DNA of 64,000 nucleotides from Saprolegnia diclina VS20 (taxonomy: Eukaryota), in contig NW_008246075.1 in assembly GCF_000281045.1 (NCBI RefSeq), positions 777,344-841,343 on the forward strand, written 5' to 3'. The translations under genes and the position numbers were made by a program. Position 1 is the stretch's first letter; the number at the start of each line of letters is the position of its first letter. Below are positions 47,718 through 59,154 of the stretch, one piece after another. The notes below the pieces were generated by a model. It ran no database searches, had not been told where the DNA came from, and saw only the letters and a program-made list of their open reading frames with translations.

Positions 47718-48368
47718 GCGAATCGTCGAATTTGCTCGGAACCCGCGAAGGCGTCTCCTATTTAGGACTTTTGGTGCCTTTTCCTAGGACCGATATCCGG
47801 ATACTCCGGATACGAAAAGGGCCACGCTGGCCAATCATTCGCTGGCACGCTGCCACGAAAGGTCATTTTGGATTTTGCCGAGTAGAGAAAAGAGCAACAG
47901 CCGAGTTCTCGATGATGTCACAACCATGCTAATTCCGAACAGCGCATTACGACGACTGACCGTGTTGATACAATGTATTCAAACCACTGAGAGAACTCCT
48001 TCCCATGTAGTACTAGCTTCGTCCATAGTGTAGCCAGCAGTCTAATGAACACACATTGTTATTTACCTTCAACAACTCCATCGAGTCGCTTTACATCCAG
48101 GTTCGCACGCCAGCGATAGCCAACCCGCATGAAACGCAGCGACAGCATCCGAGTACAGCGTCGCAGAAGCGGTAGAACCCGCAGGGTAGCGTCCATCATA
48201 ATCGCCAGCGAGAACGTTCGAAAGGAGAAGAGAGCGAGATTGAGCCAACTGCACCCTTGTCAGCAGACACGCTCAAGGCGGCATAGCGCAAGCTCCAGCC
48301 ACGAGCCACGTGTGCGCATGTTGCCTGGCGCCTCAGCCTAAAGCGTTGAAACGGAATAAGAAGTGAGA

Positions 48369-50542
48369 ATGGAAACGTCCCAGGCAGAGGACGACCGGCG
48401 GCGCCAGAGCCGACCGCTGGCACTCCTCGCAGACATCGCACGCCTCAAGCTCGCAAGGTTCAAGAGAGAGGCGGTCGCAGAAGCGTCGGCGACCATGACG
48501 TCCTTGGGCAGTGTCAAGAAGAACGTCCAGGTCGCGGCGGCCGCCAAGGCGCGCGCCGCCAAGCGCGCGCAAAAGCAAAAGCACCTCGAAGACCCCAACT
48601 GGAACGTCATTCGCACCAAAGCGTCCAACGAGCTCCTCCACGACGAACTCACAAAGGTACTACGCTATCGTCATCGTGATGTGTGCGAGCCACTGCCTGT
48701 ATACTAGCTCATGAAGGACATCAACGTACTCCTGCGCAAGGAGCGCAAGAACGTACCTGCATGGATTCGGGTGCGTATCTTTAATGAACTAGCGTGAACT
48801 TGGAACGCGCGAGTAGAAGTACAAGGACGACGACCCGCGCTGTGTCTTTTACCACTCGATGCTCCGGCGTGTTGGGCTTCCGGAACGCCACGCGCGGGTA
48901 GGCTTGCACCGGCGCGCGTTAGGTCGTGTCGAGTGCGCTGTAGTTTGCGCCGTGGTTTCTCAAATCGGAGAAGCTCCAGCTCAACAAGTACGGGCAGCGG
49001 CTCTTTGCGCAGTTTGAGGCGGCGTACCTCACGCGCGAAGCAGCGCTGAGCGAGACCGAGGCTGCGGTGCGCAAGCACTTGGAGTTTCTCGGGCGCCTGA
49101 TGACCCTCAAAGCTCCACCGCGCGACAAGGTAGAGTGTCCGTGAGCGTCGAATAGCACGAGAGACATGTTTGCATAGAACCAAGCGATCGTGCAGCGGGC
49201 TTTTCGCGACTGCTCGTTTCCATCGCCCCGCATGACCTTGCTAGCGAGCAAGCACGACCCCGAGTCGGCGTTGCACCCGCTCGAGGCCAACAGTCCGGGC
49301 ACGGCCGAGGACGACCCCGAGGCCGTCGCGCACCCGGATCGACTCGACAGCGAGGACCCGCGCGTCGTGCAGCTGCAGATTGCGTCCGTGCCGAAAGCCC
49401 CGGCGCCACCAGGCCTCGCGCCCCAAGTCCCCGGGAAGCTCGAGAGCCACGGAAAACACACCTACTACCACTACAACGGGCGCTGGAAGGACGGACACAT
49501 GCGCGGCGCCGTTGGCGTCTACACGTTTGCCGACGGCGGCAAGTACGTGGGTGCGTGGAAGGACAGTATGCCGTGCGGCCCGGGCACCGCCGTACAAAAT
49601 TGCCAGCAGGACACCACTCATATACGTCCGGCGTAGGAGTACCCGAATGGGTCCAAATACCAAGGCAACTGGCGCGACGGCAAGTACCACGGTCTTGGGA
49701 CGTGGGAAGCCGCCGACGGCACGACATACGAAGGCAGTTGGAAGGACGGTCTCCGCGACGGCAAGGGCAAACTCGTTTTGCCCTCTGGCGCGACCTACGA
49801 CGGCCAGTTTTTTCAAAATTACCGGCACGGCGCCGGCGTCGAAGTGAGCCCGTATGTTCTTTTTGGAGAATATTGTCTTCCATGATATCGACAATCCTGG
49901 GTGCATGCGGTAGACTTGGCCACAAGTACAAGGGCAACTTTCGCCGCAACCGGATTTACGGCGAAGGTCGCATTGAGATCGACCTCGGGAACGGCCAAGT
50001 GCACGTGTATGCCAAAGAGAACTGGGCGCCGTGTGTTCTCGGTGGTGCGCTTCTGGCGATCTTATTGCGTCCCTACATCGTCGTCTCTGCCTGTAGAGGC
50101 GGCGGCCGAAGCGCGACTGCACTGGTCGGGCGTCGACATGGACACGGAGATGTCGATGCGGTCGCTCCTACGGGTGCGCGACGACCTCCGTGCGCTCGAC
50201 TTGCAGCTCGAGTACCGCAAGAAAGAGGCGGCTCGCATCATCGCCGAGAAGAAGGCGGCAAAGGAAGCTCGTCGGGACATTAACCGTGCGCGCCGCGAGG
50301 CCGAGAAACTAGCTAAAGAAGCGCTCGTCAACGAGTTGATCAAGGAAATGTCCGACGACGACGAAGACGACGGCTACGGCTTTAAAAAGCTCAAGCCCAA
50401 AGCCAAACCCACCGGTGGTGAGGGCGAGGCCAACGAGGAGAGCGATGAAAGCGCCGACGAAGAAGAAGACGGTGACAAAGCTGGCAATGCGACCAATCAA
50501 AACGACGACGACGACGACGATGATGACGCACCCGCCACATAA
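48369..50542 (+). CDS. MORN-repeat protein with coiled-coil and acidic tail, multi-exon
   Basis: Repeats YNGRWKDGHMRG, YVGAWKDSMPCGPG, YQGNWRDGKYHGLG, YEGSWKDGLRDGKG, YDGQFFQNYRHGAG and YKGNFRRNRIYGEG. Confidence 0.85.
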
Positions 50543-50579
50543 ATGCCATCGTTAGATTGGCCAGCTCTCTCGTGGCATG

Positions 50580-51938
50580 TCATTGGAAGGGATATGACAA
50601 TATAGTCCTACCAAGGTTTATGGTCTTTGTACCATTATATACATGCATTCTAGGTTTAATGGTACACGATCTATGCACAGAATCAATAACAAATGTTGAA
50701 GAAGAGAAGTGTACCGAGCCGGACGGGAGCGGTCCGCTTTCTTCGGCGTCGTGGAGGGCACAGAGGCTCTGCACTTGTAATCGCGCGCCGCGGACCGCCC
50801 CGAGAAAGTGTTGGCCCCCATACGAGCTCGACGTTGCTTGGTAGTTGACGCGCGGCGCGCTGAGGGGGTGGGTTGAAAATTCCGGGGGCTTCTGGAGCTC
50901 AAGCGTGTGCGAGTGGTGCATGTCGCGCTTCAAGCTCTTGAGGCGCTGCGCCTCGCTAGGTTGCATGGAGTCAGCTACATTGCGACTCGAAGCATTGCGC
51001 ACCGTTTTGTGTCCCAGTCCTGGGCGCGGTAGCTGCCGTACTTCTTCTCCGTGAGAACTTCTTCGAGCTGCCGGCGCTCAATCTCGTGCTGCACACGGAG
51101 GTCATCGCGCTGCTTTTGTTTGGCCCGGTGGTGTTCCTAAATACGACGTGGATATCGTTCTAGTCGAAGCATGGACAATAAGTACTTGAGCGCACTTGGT
51201 CTTTTCAAACTTCTCCATTGCGTCGGCGCGCGTGTAGACGTTCTTGGCCTGTTCAAAGAGCTGGAGTTTCGAGAGGTAGTACTCGGAGTTTTTGAGCTCG
51301 AGGAGTGTCCGCGAGTACTTGACGTGCGGGTCTGGCAGTCGGTCGAGGTAGTCTTCCAGCTGGCGCGTCTGGATCTGCTGCGTCTTGGCCAGCTCCTGCC
51401 GCCGCACATTGCAGTCGGCTTCGACGTCGCGCTGTTTCGCGAGCCACTTTTTTTCGTGCTGGTCGCGCACGAGCGAGACGGCATCAGCAAAGTGGCCGTT
51501 CTCAATACCTTGCCGGCGCTACCAATAATGGCTTTGTGCTACGATGCTCAAGTCGCCGACGCCATACCTTTTCGTACGTGGTCTGGAGCGCGATAAAGTC
51601 GGCTTTGATCGTGCGCAGCCGGTCCCGCATGATGATCGCGTTCGTGTACTTTCCCTTGCTCGTCATCGAATGCAATATGCTCATCATTTCGTTGCGAATG
51701 CGCGTGAACATGACGAGCTGGTCGCGCGGGTCGATGATGTCGTCGCTGTGGTACCCAAAGACCGCGTACGCGTCGACGAGGTTCTTGACCTCGAGCGTGC
51801 TCTTCTTCCCGAGCGCGACGGGCTCGAGCTGCGCAATCGCAAAGCGGAGGTCATCGCAAAACTACAAGAATCAGCAACTCAGATCTAGTAGCGTCGATGC
51901 GTGCGGACCGCAGCCTTGTCGTCCGCGCTCAGCTCCAT
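50580..51938 (-). CDS. Uncharacterised coiled-coil protein, multi-exon
   Basis: MELSADDKAA splices to FCDDLRFAIAQLEP. Later exons include VKYSRTLLELKNSEYYLSKLQLFEQAKNV. The 3' end is uncertain. Confidence 0.6.
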
Positions 51939-52976
51939 CGCGGAAATGGAGGAGATTGCACTTGGGTATTTTTGGCGCGCGCGGTGATTGGCCGACGCGT
52001 AGCCAATCACCGTGCGCATTTGCATATAAGATTTCAACAGGCACGAGCGAGGTGCGAGACCGGAAGTGACGTGCGTGAGAGCACGGACTGCTTGCGTCCC
52101 GCTGCATTATTTACCAAGGTTAAACAGCCCAAGACAGCGCTACCGAGAGTGGCTACCACGGACAACGTTGTCGAGTTGACAATGTAAAGCTCAACGGAAG
52201 GGAAAACACTGGTATCCTGCATGGCGTGTCGCTGGATTGAAGCATACACAATGCGTCTACCGCTGGGTAAGGTCGTATTGTTGCTGGCAGTGTGCAGTAC
52301 CATACAAGGCGCTAACGTTAGTGGTGTTGCTCCCGCAAGAACATTCGAAGGTCGAAGCCAACGTCGTACGTTGCGCGTATGCCACGTGGCACCGAAGCTT
52401 CCAGAAGCAAGATCCCGTTGCAGAGGCCATCACAGTGCTTTAACGTGCTGGCGATGGCCGGCGTCTGCTTTGCCCATGTGCAAAGCGTTCTGTGCCTTGC
52501 CTTCTTTGAAGCGCCCAAACTGTACTAGTACTCGGTATCGCGGCCAGAGGTGATAGATATGCTTGGCCGGCACACCGGTAGGATCCCGTCCACGGGTCAC
52601 CGACCTACTACTACGGAGTCCCAGCAAGCGCCTTCCGGTCCACCTGCACGCACCCATGCACTCGTCGCCCGCGTCATCATTCTCTCTGCAATCGGTTGAC
52701 CACGTGGCAGCGTCTCGACGCACTTTCGGTAGCGCATGGATTTCCATCGAAGATTCGATCTTTCGTATTTCGAACTCTCTTGCGCTTTGTATATGCGCGG
52801 TCGGCGGCTTCCCGCCTACAAACGTCAAGTACTCGGCCGGACACGTGGCTCGGTTTACCTCTCACAATGCATATCTATCCGTTTCGAATCTCTCACCTCA
52901 TGGTAAATCGATATGTTTTTCATTTGACAAAACCTCTTATATCGAATATATTGTCAAAGACTGCTGGGCGCACCGG

Positions 52977-53035
52977 TGACGTGGCCCCGCCGCTCGATCT
53001 ATCGACTCTCAGAGGTCCTCTCGGACGCCACGTCA
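52977..53035. promoter_or_regulatory. Inverted pair of UPRE-like TGACGTGG elements upstream of BiP
   Basis: TGACGTGGC at 52977 and GCCACGTCA at 53027, 50-110 nt upstream of the ATG. INR/FPR CTCACTTTCGAATTT at 53062. Confidence 0.6.
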
Positions 53036-53084
53036 GCAGCATATTGAGCGGCGCGGATCGACTCACTTTCGAATTTGCTAAGAA

Positions 53085-55061
53085 ATGAACTTGATCAAGG
53101 TCCTTACGTACGCTGCGGGCGCGCTCGCGGCCTGCGCGGTCTCGTCGGTCGTCGCGGAAGAGCCCAAGGGCCCGGTGATTGGCATCGACTTGGGCACGAC
53201 CTACTCGTGCGTCGGCCACTACGCCAACGGCAAGGTCGAGATCATCGCCAACGACCAGGGTAACCGCATCACGCCCTCGTATGTGGCATGGGACTCGAAC
53301 GACGAGCGCCTCATTGGCGACGGCGCCAAGAACCAGGCGACGATCAACCCGGAGAACACGCTCTTTGACGTCAAGCGCCTTATCGGTCGCCAGTACAACG
53401 ACAAGTCGGTGCAGGCGGACAAGAAGCTGCTGCCGTACGAGATTGTCAACAAGGAGGGCCGCCCGTACATCCAGGTGATTGTCAAGGGCGAGACCAAGAC
53501 GTTCTCGGCCGAAGAAGTCTCGGCCATGATTCTCACCAAGATGAAGAACATTGCTGAAAACTACCTCGGCAAGGAGGTCAACGACGCGGTCGTGACCGTG
53601 CCCGCGTACTTCAACGACGCCCAGCGCCAGGCCACGAAGGACGCCGGTACCATTGCCGGCCTCACGGTCCAGCGTATCATCAACGAGCCGACGGCCGCCG
53701 CCATTGCCTACGGTATCGACAAAAAGAACGCCAAGGGCGAGAAGAATGTGCTCGTCTTCGATCTCGGCGGTGGTACCTTTGATGTCACGCTCCTCACGAT
53801 CGACGGCGGCGTCTTTGAGGTGCTCTCGACCAACGGCGACACCCATCTCGGCGGTGAAGATTTCGATCAGCGTGTCATGCAGTTCTTCATCAAGAAGTGG
53901 CAGAAGCAAAAGAAGATTGACATCAGCTCGGACAAGCGCGCGCTCCAGAAGCTCCGCCGCGAAGCCGAGCGTGTCAAGCGCGCCCTCTCGACGCAGCCCC
54001 AGGCGCGCCTCGAAATTGAGTCGCTCCTCGACGGCGAGGACTTTGACGAGACGCTCACGCGTGCTCGCTTTGAAGAGCTCAACAACGACCTCTTCAAGAA
54101 GACGCTCGGCCCCGTCGAGAAGGTCATGAAGGACGCCGGCCTCAAGAAGTCGGAGGTCGACGAGATTGTGCTTGTCGGCGGCTCGACGCGCATTCCCAAG
54201 ATCCAGCAGCTCATCAAGGATTTCTTCAACGGCAAGGAGCCCTCGCGCGGTATCAACCCCGACGAGGCTGTCGCGTACGGTGCTGCCGTCCAGGGCGGTA
54301 TCCTCGCGGGCGTCAACGACGAGTCGACCAAGGACATTTTGCTTCTCGATGTGGCCCCGCTCTCGCTCGGTATTGAGACGGTCGGCGGTGTCATGACCAA
54401 GATCATCAACCGCAACACGGTGGTGCCCACGAAGAAGTCGCAGACGTTCTCGACGTACCAGGACAACCAACCCGCTGTGTCGATCCAGGTCTACGAAGGC
54501 GAGCGCACGATGACCAAGGACAACCACATGCTCGGCAAGTTTGAGCTCACGGGCATCCCGCCGGCGCCGCGTGGCGTGCCGCAGATTGAAGTCACGTTCG
54601 AGGTCGACGCCAACGGCATCCTCCAGGTCTCGGCCGAGGACAAGGGCACGGGCAAGGCTGAGAAGATTACGATCACGGCCGAGAAGGGCCGCCTCTCGCA
54701 GGAGGAGATTGATCGCATGGTCCAGGAAGCCGAGGAGAACGCCGAGGAAGACAAGAAGATCAAGGACCGCATTGACGGCCGCAACTCGCTCGAAGGCTAC
54801 CTCTACAACCTCAAGAACAACGTCGAGGACAAGCTCGCCGATAAGATTGACGACGACGACAAGGACACTGTCCTCAAGGCGGTCCAGGAGGCCATGGACT
54901 GGCTCGACGAGAACCAGGAAGCCGACAAGGAGGACTTTGACGCGCAGCAGAAGGCGGTCGAGAAGGTGGTCAACCCCATCATGTCCAAGGTCTACCAGTC
55001 GACGGGCGGTGCCGGCGCCGGCGCGGACGACGACGACGAGGACGACCACGACGAGTTGTAA
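53085..55061 (+). CDS. BiP: ER luminal Hsp70 (BiP/GRP78), intronless
   Basis: Signal peptide, [47 protein letters not shown] and C-terminal HDEL. Confidence 0.99.
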   Translation: MNLIKVLTYAAGALAACAVSSVVAEEPKGPVIGIDLGTTYSCVGHYANGKVEIIANDQGNRITPSYVAWDSNDERLIGDGAKNQATINPENTLFDVKRLIGRQYNDKSVQADKKLLPYEIVNKEGRPYIQVIVKGETKTFSAEEVSAMILTKMKNIAENYLGKEVNDAVVTVPAYFNDAQRQATKDAGTIAGLTVQRIINEPTAAAIAYGIDKKNAKGEKNVLVFDLGGGTFDVTLLTIDGGVFEVLSTNGDTHLGGEDFDQRVMQFFIKKWQKQKKIDISSDKRALQKLRREAERVKRALSTQPQARLEIESLLDGEDFDETLTRARFEELNNDLFKKTLGPVEKVMKDAGLKKSEVDEIVLVGGSTRIPKIQQLIKDFFNGKEPSRGINPDEAVAYGAAVQGGILAGVNDESTKDILLLDVAPLSLGIETVGGVMTKIINRNTVVPTKKSQTFSTYQDNQPAVSIQVYEGERTMTKDNHMLGKFELTGIPPAPRGVPQIEVTFEVDANGILQVSAEDKGTGKAEKITITAEKGRLSQEEIDRMVQEAEENAEEDKKIKDRIDGRNSLEGYLYNLKNNVEDKLADKIDDDDKDTVLKAVQEAMDWLDENQEADKEDFDAQQKAVEKVVNPIMSKVYQSTGGAGAGADDDDEDDHDEL

Positions 55062-55203
55062 ACTAAGCGTCGGTCGTTAGAGTGGTGTTGCCGCATATGC
55101 AATGAATACTTGGTATTTACATTTCCACTTTTGAGATCTTATTGCGATTGAATCTTTTCGGCTTCTAATTTGTGGGATTCGATATTTCGGGATTCGATAT
55201 TTC

Positions 55204-56201
55204 ATGGACGACCTGCCGCTCATCGATACGACGCACGCCACGCGGCTGCTCAAACAGCTCGCGACCGTCGTCGAGACGCAGCGCCTCGAACTTGCGCAGC
55301 TTGCGGCCAAGGTCGATGCGCTTGAAGCGAGCGCGGCCGGGACCCGCCGCCATCTCGCGGCCCACGACGCCCATGCGACCGCGATCGATGCTCGACTTGG
55401 TCACGTGGAGGCCGAGCTGTCGCCCGCGACCGCGACCAGTCTCGGAGCGTTCGTGGCCCGGCTCTCGACGCAGTTGGCTGCGACCGAAGCGCGCTTGGAG
55501 GCCAAAGCCGACCTCGACGTGCTCCATGCCGCCGACGACGCGTTGGAGCATCGGCTGGTGCGGCGCCTCCAGCGCAACGAAGTCGCCATTAGCGAGACAG
55601 CGCGCTTGGCCGAGAGGTCACCACTCACTGTATTCATACCGGTCGTGCTCAGGCGCGTTCGTAGACTTGAAGCCAGCGCCGCTGCGATCCAAGCCCACGT
55701 GCACGTGATCGATGCGACGCTGCCGACCAAGCTCGACAAGGTACTCGTCCCTTGACGTGACTGCAGCAGCACGGTAGACAATCATGTAGATGGACCTGGC
55801 CCAACTCGAGACCGCCAGCGCCAAGCTCACGGGCTTTGGCGCCCGCGCCGATGCGCTCGACGTGGCGCTCGAGCTTGTGCAGGGCCGTCTTGAATCGCTT
55901 CAAGTCCAAGTCGCCACAGACGTGCGAACGCTCGAAGCCGCGGCTGCGACGACGGCCGACGCGATGCGGAGTACGTTCACTGACGCCGTGCACTTGCTGC
56001 GGACCGAGGTGCGAGCGTCGGCGTCGGCGACAGCGTCGGCTATCAAAGGCAGCGAAGCGCGCCTCCACGAGCAGATACAAAGCGAGATTCGTCGTCTCTC
56101 GGAGGCCGCTTTGCACGCGCAGACCAAATCGGACGCCAATCTCCAAGGACTCGCGTCCGTCTTGCAGTCTTCCTGCCGCCAGCTACGCGACGAGGTACTC
56201 C

Positions 56202-56288
<87 letters not shown>

Positions 56289-56712
56289 NNNNNNNNNNNN
56301 NNNNNNNNNNNNNNNNNNNNNNNNNNNNNNNNNNNNNNNNNNNNNNNNNNNNNNNNNNNNNNNNNNNNNNNNNNNNNNNNNNNNNNNNGATAGGTGGCGC
56401 GAAAGGCGAACCGGAGTGATGTCGTTTCCGCAACGAACGCGCTGACCTCGACACTGCAGACCAAGGTAGGATCGCATTCGGATAGTAGTATAATGCTGGA
56501 TACTTGGATAGGTCGCAACCGAGGCCGCCCTATTGTCGCTCCAGAGCAAGATCGCGGCCGTCGCAAGCGTATCCAACGAGATGACGACCAAAGTCGAGAT
56601 TGCGCTGCGGTTTGTCGACTGGTTTTACGCCCGCGGCAGTGCGTACGAGCACAATTTGCGCAGCGTCGAAGCGCAGCTCACGCATTTAGCGCAGGCGTCG
56701 TCGTTGTCGTAG
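55204..56712 (+). CDS. Uncharacterised coiled-coil protein, multi-exon (one intron contains the microsatellite and gap)
   Basis: Ala/Leu/Glu heptad-rich exons ending WFYARGSAYEHNLRSVEAQLTHLAQASSLS*, with short GT-AG introns. Confidence 0.65.
56202..56393. repeat. (CTAT)n microsatellite running into a 100-N assembly gap
   Basis: More than 20 CTAT units at 56203-56288, N run at 56289-56388, then GATAG, a possible splice acceptor. Confidence 0.95.
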
Positions 56713-56730
56713 GAATAAGATTGCTTGCAA

Positions 56731-57926
56731 TTATAAACGTACGGGTGTATACTCTTCGAGGAGCCGGCGCCACTCGATGCCAGCCGTCGGTCGCGTCGCC
56801 TTTTCGGTGTAGACGGTAAAGATGTGCGCAATGAGCTCGTACTGCCCGAGCGCCTGCTTTTGGCGGATGCTCAGAATGACTTTGGTCGTGGACGCCCGCA
56901 GCAGCCGCTTGGTCGACCGCTTGGCGGCTTGCAGCGACACGGGCGGCGTGGGTTTTTCGTGAAAGGGCTCGACCGCCGTGGCCTCGGCCTCGGATTCAGC
57001 AGTGTTGTTCGAGGTCTCATTGACGGTGCCTTCATGATGCGGCTCGAGCGTCGTCGAGGCTTGGACGACGGCAGCCATTGACGCCATCGGCGCCGCGATT
57101 ACCGCCCCGGGGTTGCGTCGACTGCGCGCGATCGTCTGCGCGATCTTGGCCTGCACTTCTTGCACTGCATTCTCACAGTTCTAAATGTGGTGCTATCAGA
57201 TCTGATATTATCGCAATGAGACGTTGCCAGTACCGAATTTTGTAGCGTGGGGTCGGCGCCGTAGTAGAGGAGGAGGAGCGTCGCGCCTGGCGACCCCGCC
57301 AACACTATTCTCGTGTCTTCTTCCAGGTCGTGATGCAAGACGTCGTAGTACTACCTGCTTTGTGCAAGGGTGTGTCGCCATTGCCCTAGTACAATTTTGG
57401 TCGACGATGAGTCCGAGCGCGGCTTCCTACGCTCTGGCGGTTGACGTCCATGCGGTACGTGGTCAAGAGAAGCTGGATCGTCCCGAGATGGCCTTTTCGA
57501 CACGCGTGGTGGAGCGCGTTGCGCATATTAGTCTACTCTCATAAGGTAGTACATGTACAAGGTGTCATCGCGCCGTACGTCGGTCTGCTGGACGTTGGCG
57601 CCGGCCTCGAGGAGCGCCGTGACGCACGGGAGCTTGCCCGCATAACACGCTAATTCACAACAAAACATCATAAAGGCGATCGACGATGGATCTACCCCAA
57701 TGCAACGCCGACATGCCAAAGCGCTATGTAGAAGGGCCACCTGAGAGTATGGTAGCTGGAGTAGTTCACATACGTCGACGGCCTTGACGAGCTTAGGCTT
57801 GCGCTGGAGCATGGCGCGGACGTCGTCGACGCGGCCCTCGACAGCGTGCCGCACGAGCAGAGTCAAGGTTTGGTCGACCTTGGCCGGGCGCACCAAGTAC
57901 TTGAGCTCGGACGCGCACACGCCCAT
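56731..57926 (-). CDS. Ankyrin-repeat protein with an MGxC (acylation-type) N-terminus, multi-exon
   Basis: MGVCAS start, LVRHAVEGRVDDVRAML, ACYAGKLPCVTALLEAGANVQQTD and LLLLYYGADPTLQN. Confidence 0.75.
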
Positions 57927-59154
57927 TCAAGTGTACCAAAATAGGACTCGTATACGGTTTTGACAGCCATCAGCTTAGAGCTATACGAGTACGCCATATA
58001 ATGCCGGTACTCCTACGAGTCTCTAGCATAGCTTCGAGCCAAGCGCGCTCAGTGTATGCATTCATAAACCCTTGCGCTTTGCACCGCTCGCTCGTCTGCT
58101 TGCACGGTCGCCATGAGAGCGATTGCAGCGTCGCATCTCCGACGAGTCTCTTCCAGGCCATGGTAGAGTATGTGGGCCCAGGCGCCCAGTCTCAACCAGC
58201 CATTCGAGTCTTCTTCACGTCTCTCTGCGCTTCCATCGACGAGGTATGTCCGTAGCTAGGGCGGGACAAAGGTCATTCCAATGGTCGCGGTCGCATGGCG
58301 GGAAATCGCGGGTCTTGTGGGGTTTATCCGGATGCCGTTGCCGGATACGAAGCGACACTCGGCGCTGATTGGGCGATTGAAATGACTGGTTCCTACTAAG
58401 GCCGCTGCAATTGCAGTCGAGAGTGTGATCATTTCCCAACTGGACTCGTGAGCGCTATCTGCACAGTGGTGGTGTTCCGAGTCACCTCCAATAGTCGCCC
58501 CGAGTCGATCTACGACGCTGCTTGAGGGATAAGCGAGGAGGACAGTTGAATAGCAAAGTCTCGATGTTGATCTGGTGCCGACTCTGACGAGACGGCGCCG
58601 GAACCGTCGATTGATGGCTCTATATTCCCAATCTCGTGCTAGCTGCTTCGCGGCTCTAATGTAATGAGACAAACCATAGAGCAAACAACCCCATTCACTA
58701 GATAGACTTTCGGATAGTTGTAGTCTAGTATCTAGACTAGAGACAAGCATAACCACCAGTAATCAACTCTTACATTCTACCACTCGACACCATGACATTC
58801 TCTTCCGACTCGCAGCATTGCAGCCACGACGATCAAACCAGCGGTTGGCACGAGGCGCCGACGCCAGGCCGTCATCAACTATATTTTTGAACGAATGTGG
58901 AGACGGGAAAGGTGGACAGGTTGTCGTCACAGCAAGCATCCTCGAGCGGTCGATACCGTCGGCGCAGTTCATGTCGATCTGACAACTACTAAGGGATGAG
59001 ACCTCTTATATACCCTTGCAACTCCGCAGTGACCTTGCGGATGGACCGCCTCGATGTGTCCTTCCACTGGACGACGTATTACTACGTTGTAGCTGTCCAC
59101 GAACAACTTGTCGTCGTATGAATATTGTCTATTGCAGTGTCTAGTCGGTGGTGT

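Noticed and set aside
52920..55049. 709-aa ORF antisense to BiP, resembling the NAD-specific glutamate dehydrogenase once claimed antisense to hsp70 in the oomycete Achlya
   Set aside because: It is in codon register with Hsp70. Long antisense frames follow from GC-rich codon bias and Hsp70 conservation, no GDH motifs are visible, and the claim is generally regarded as spurious.
55174..55202. 15-bp tandem GGGATTCGATATTT(C) before ATG 55204, and a CTAGCCCTCGCTAC duplication near 42723/42746
   Set aside because: Two-copy micro-duplications consistent with slippage, with no further evidence of function.
55790..56591. ORFs with YLSI repeats and X runs
   Set aside because: These come from the CTAT microsatellite and the N gap inside an intron.
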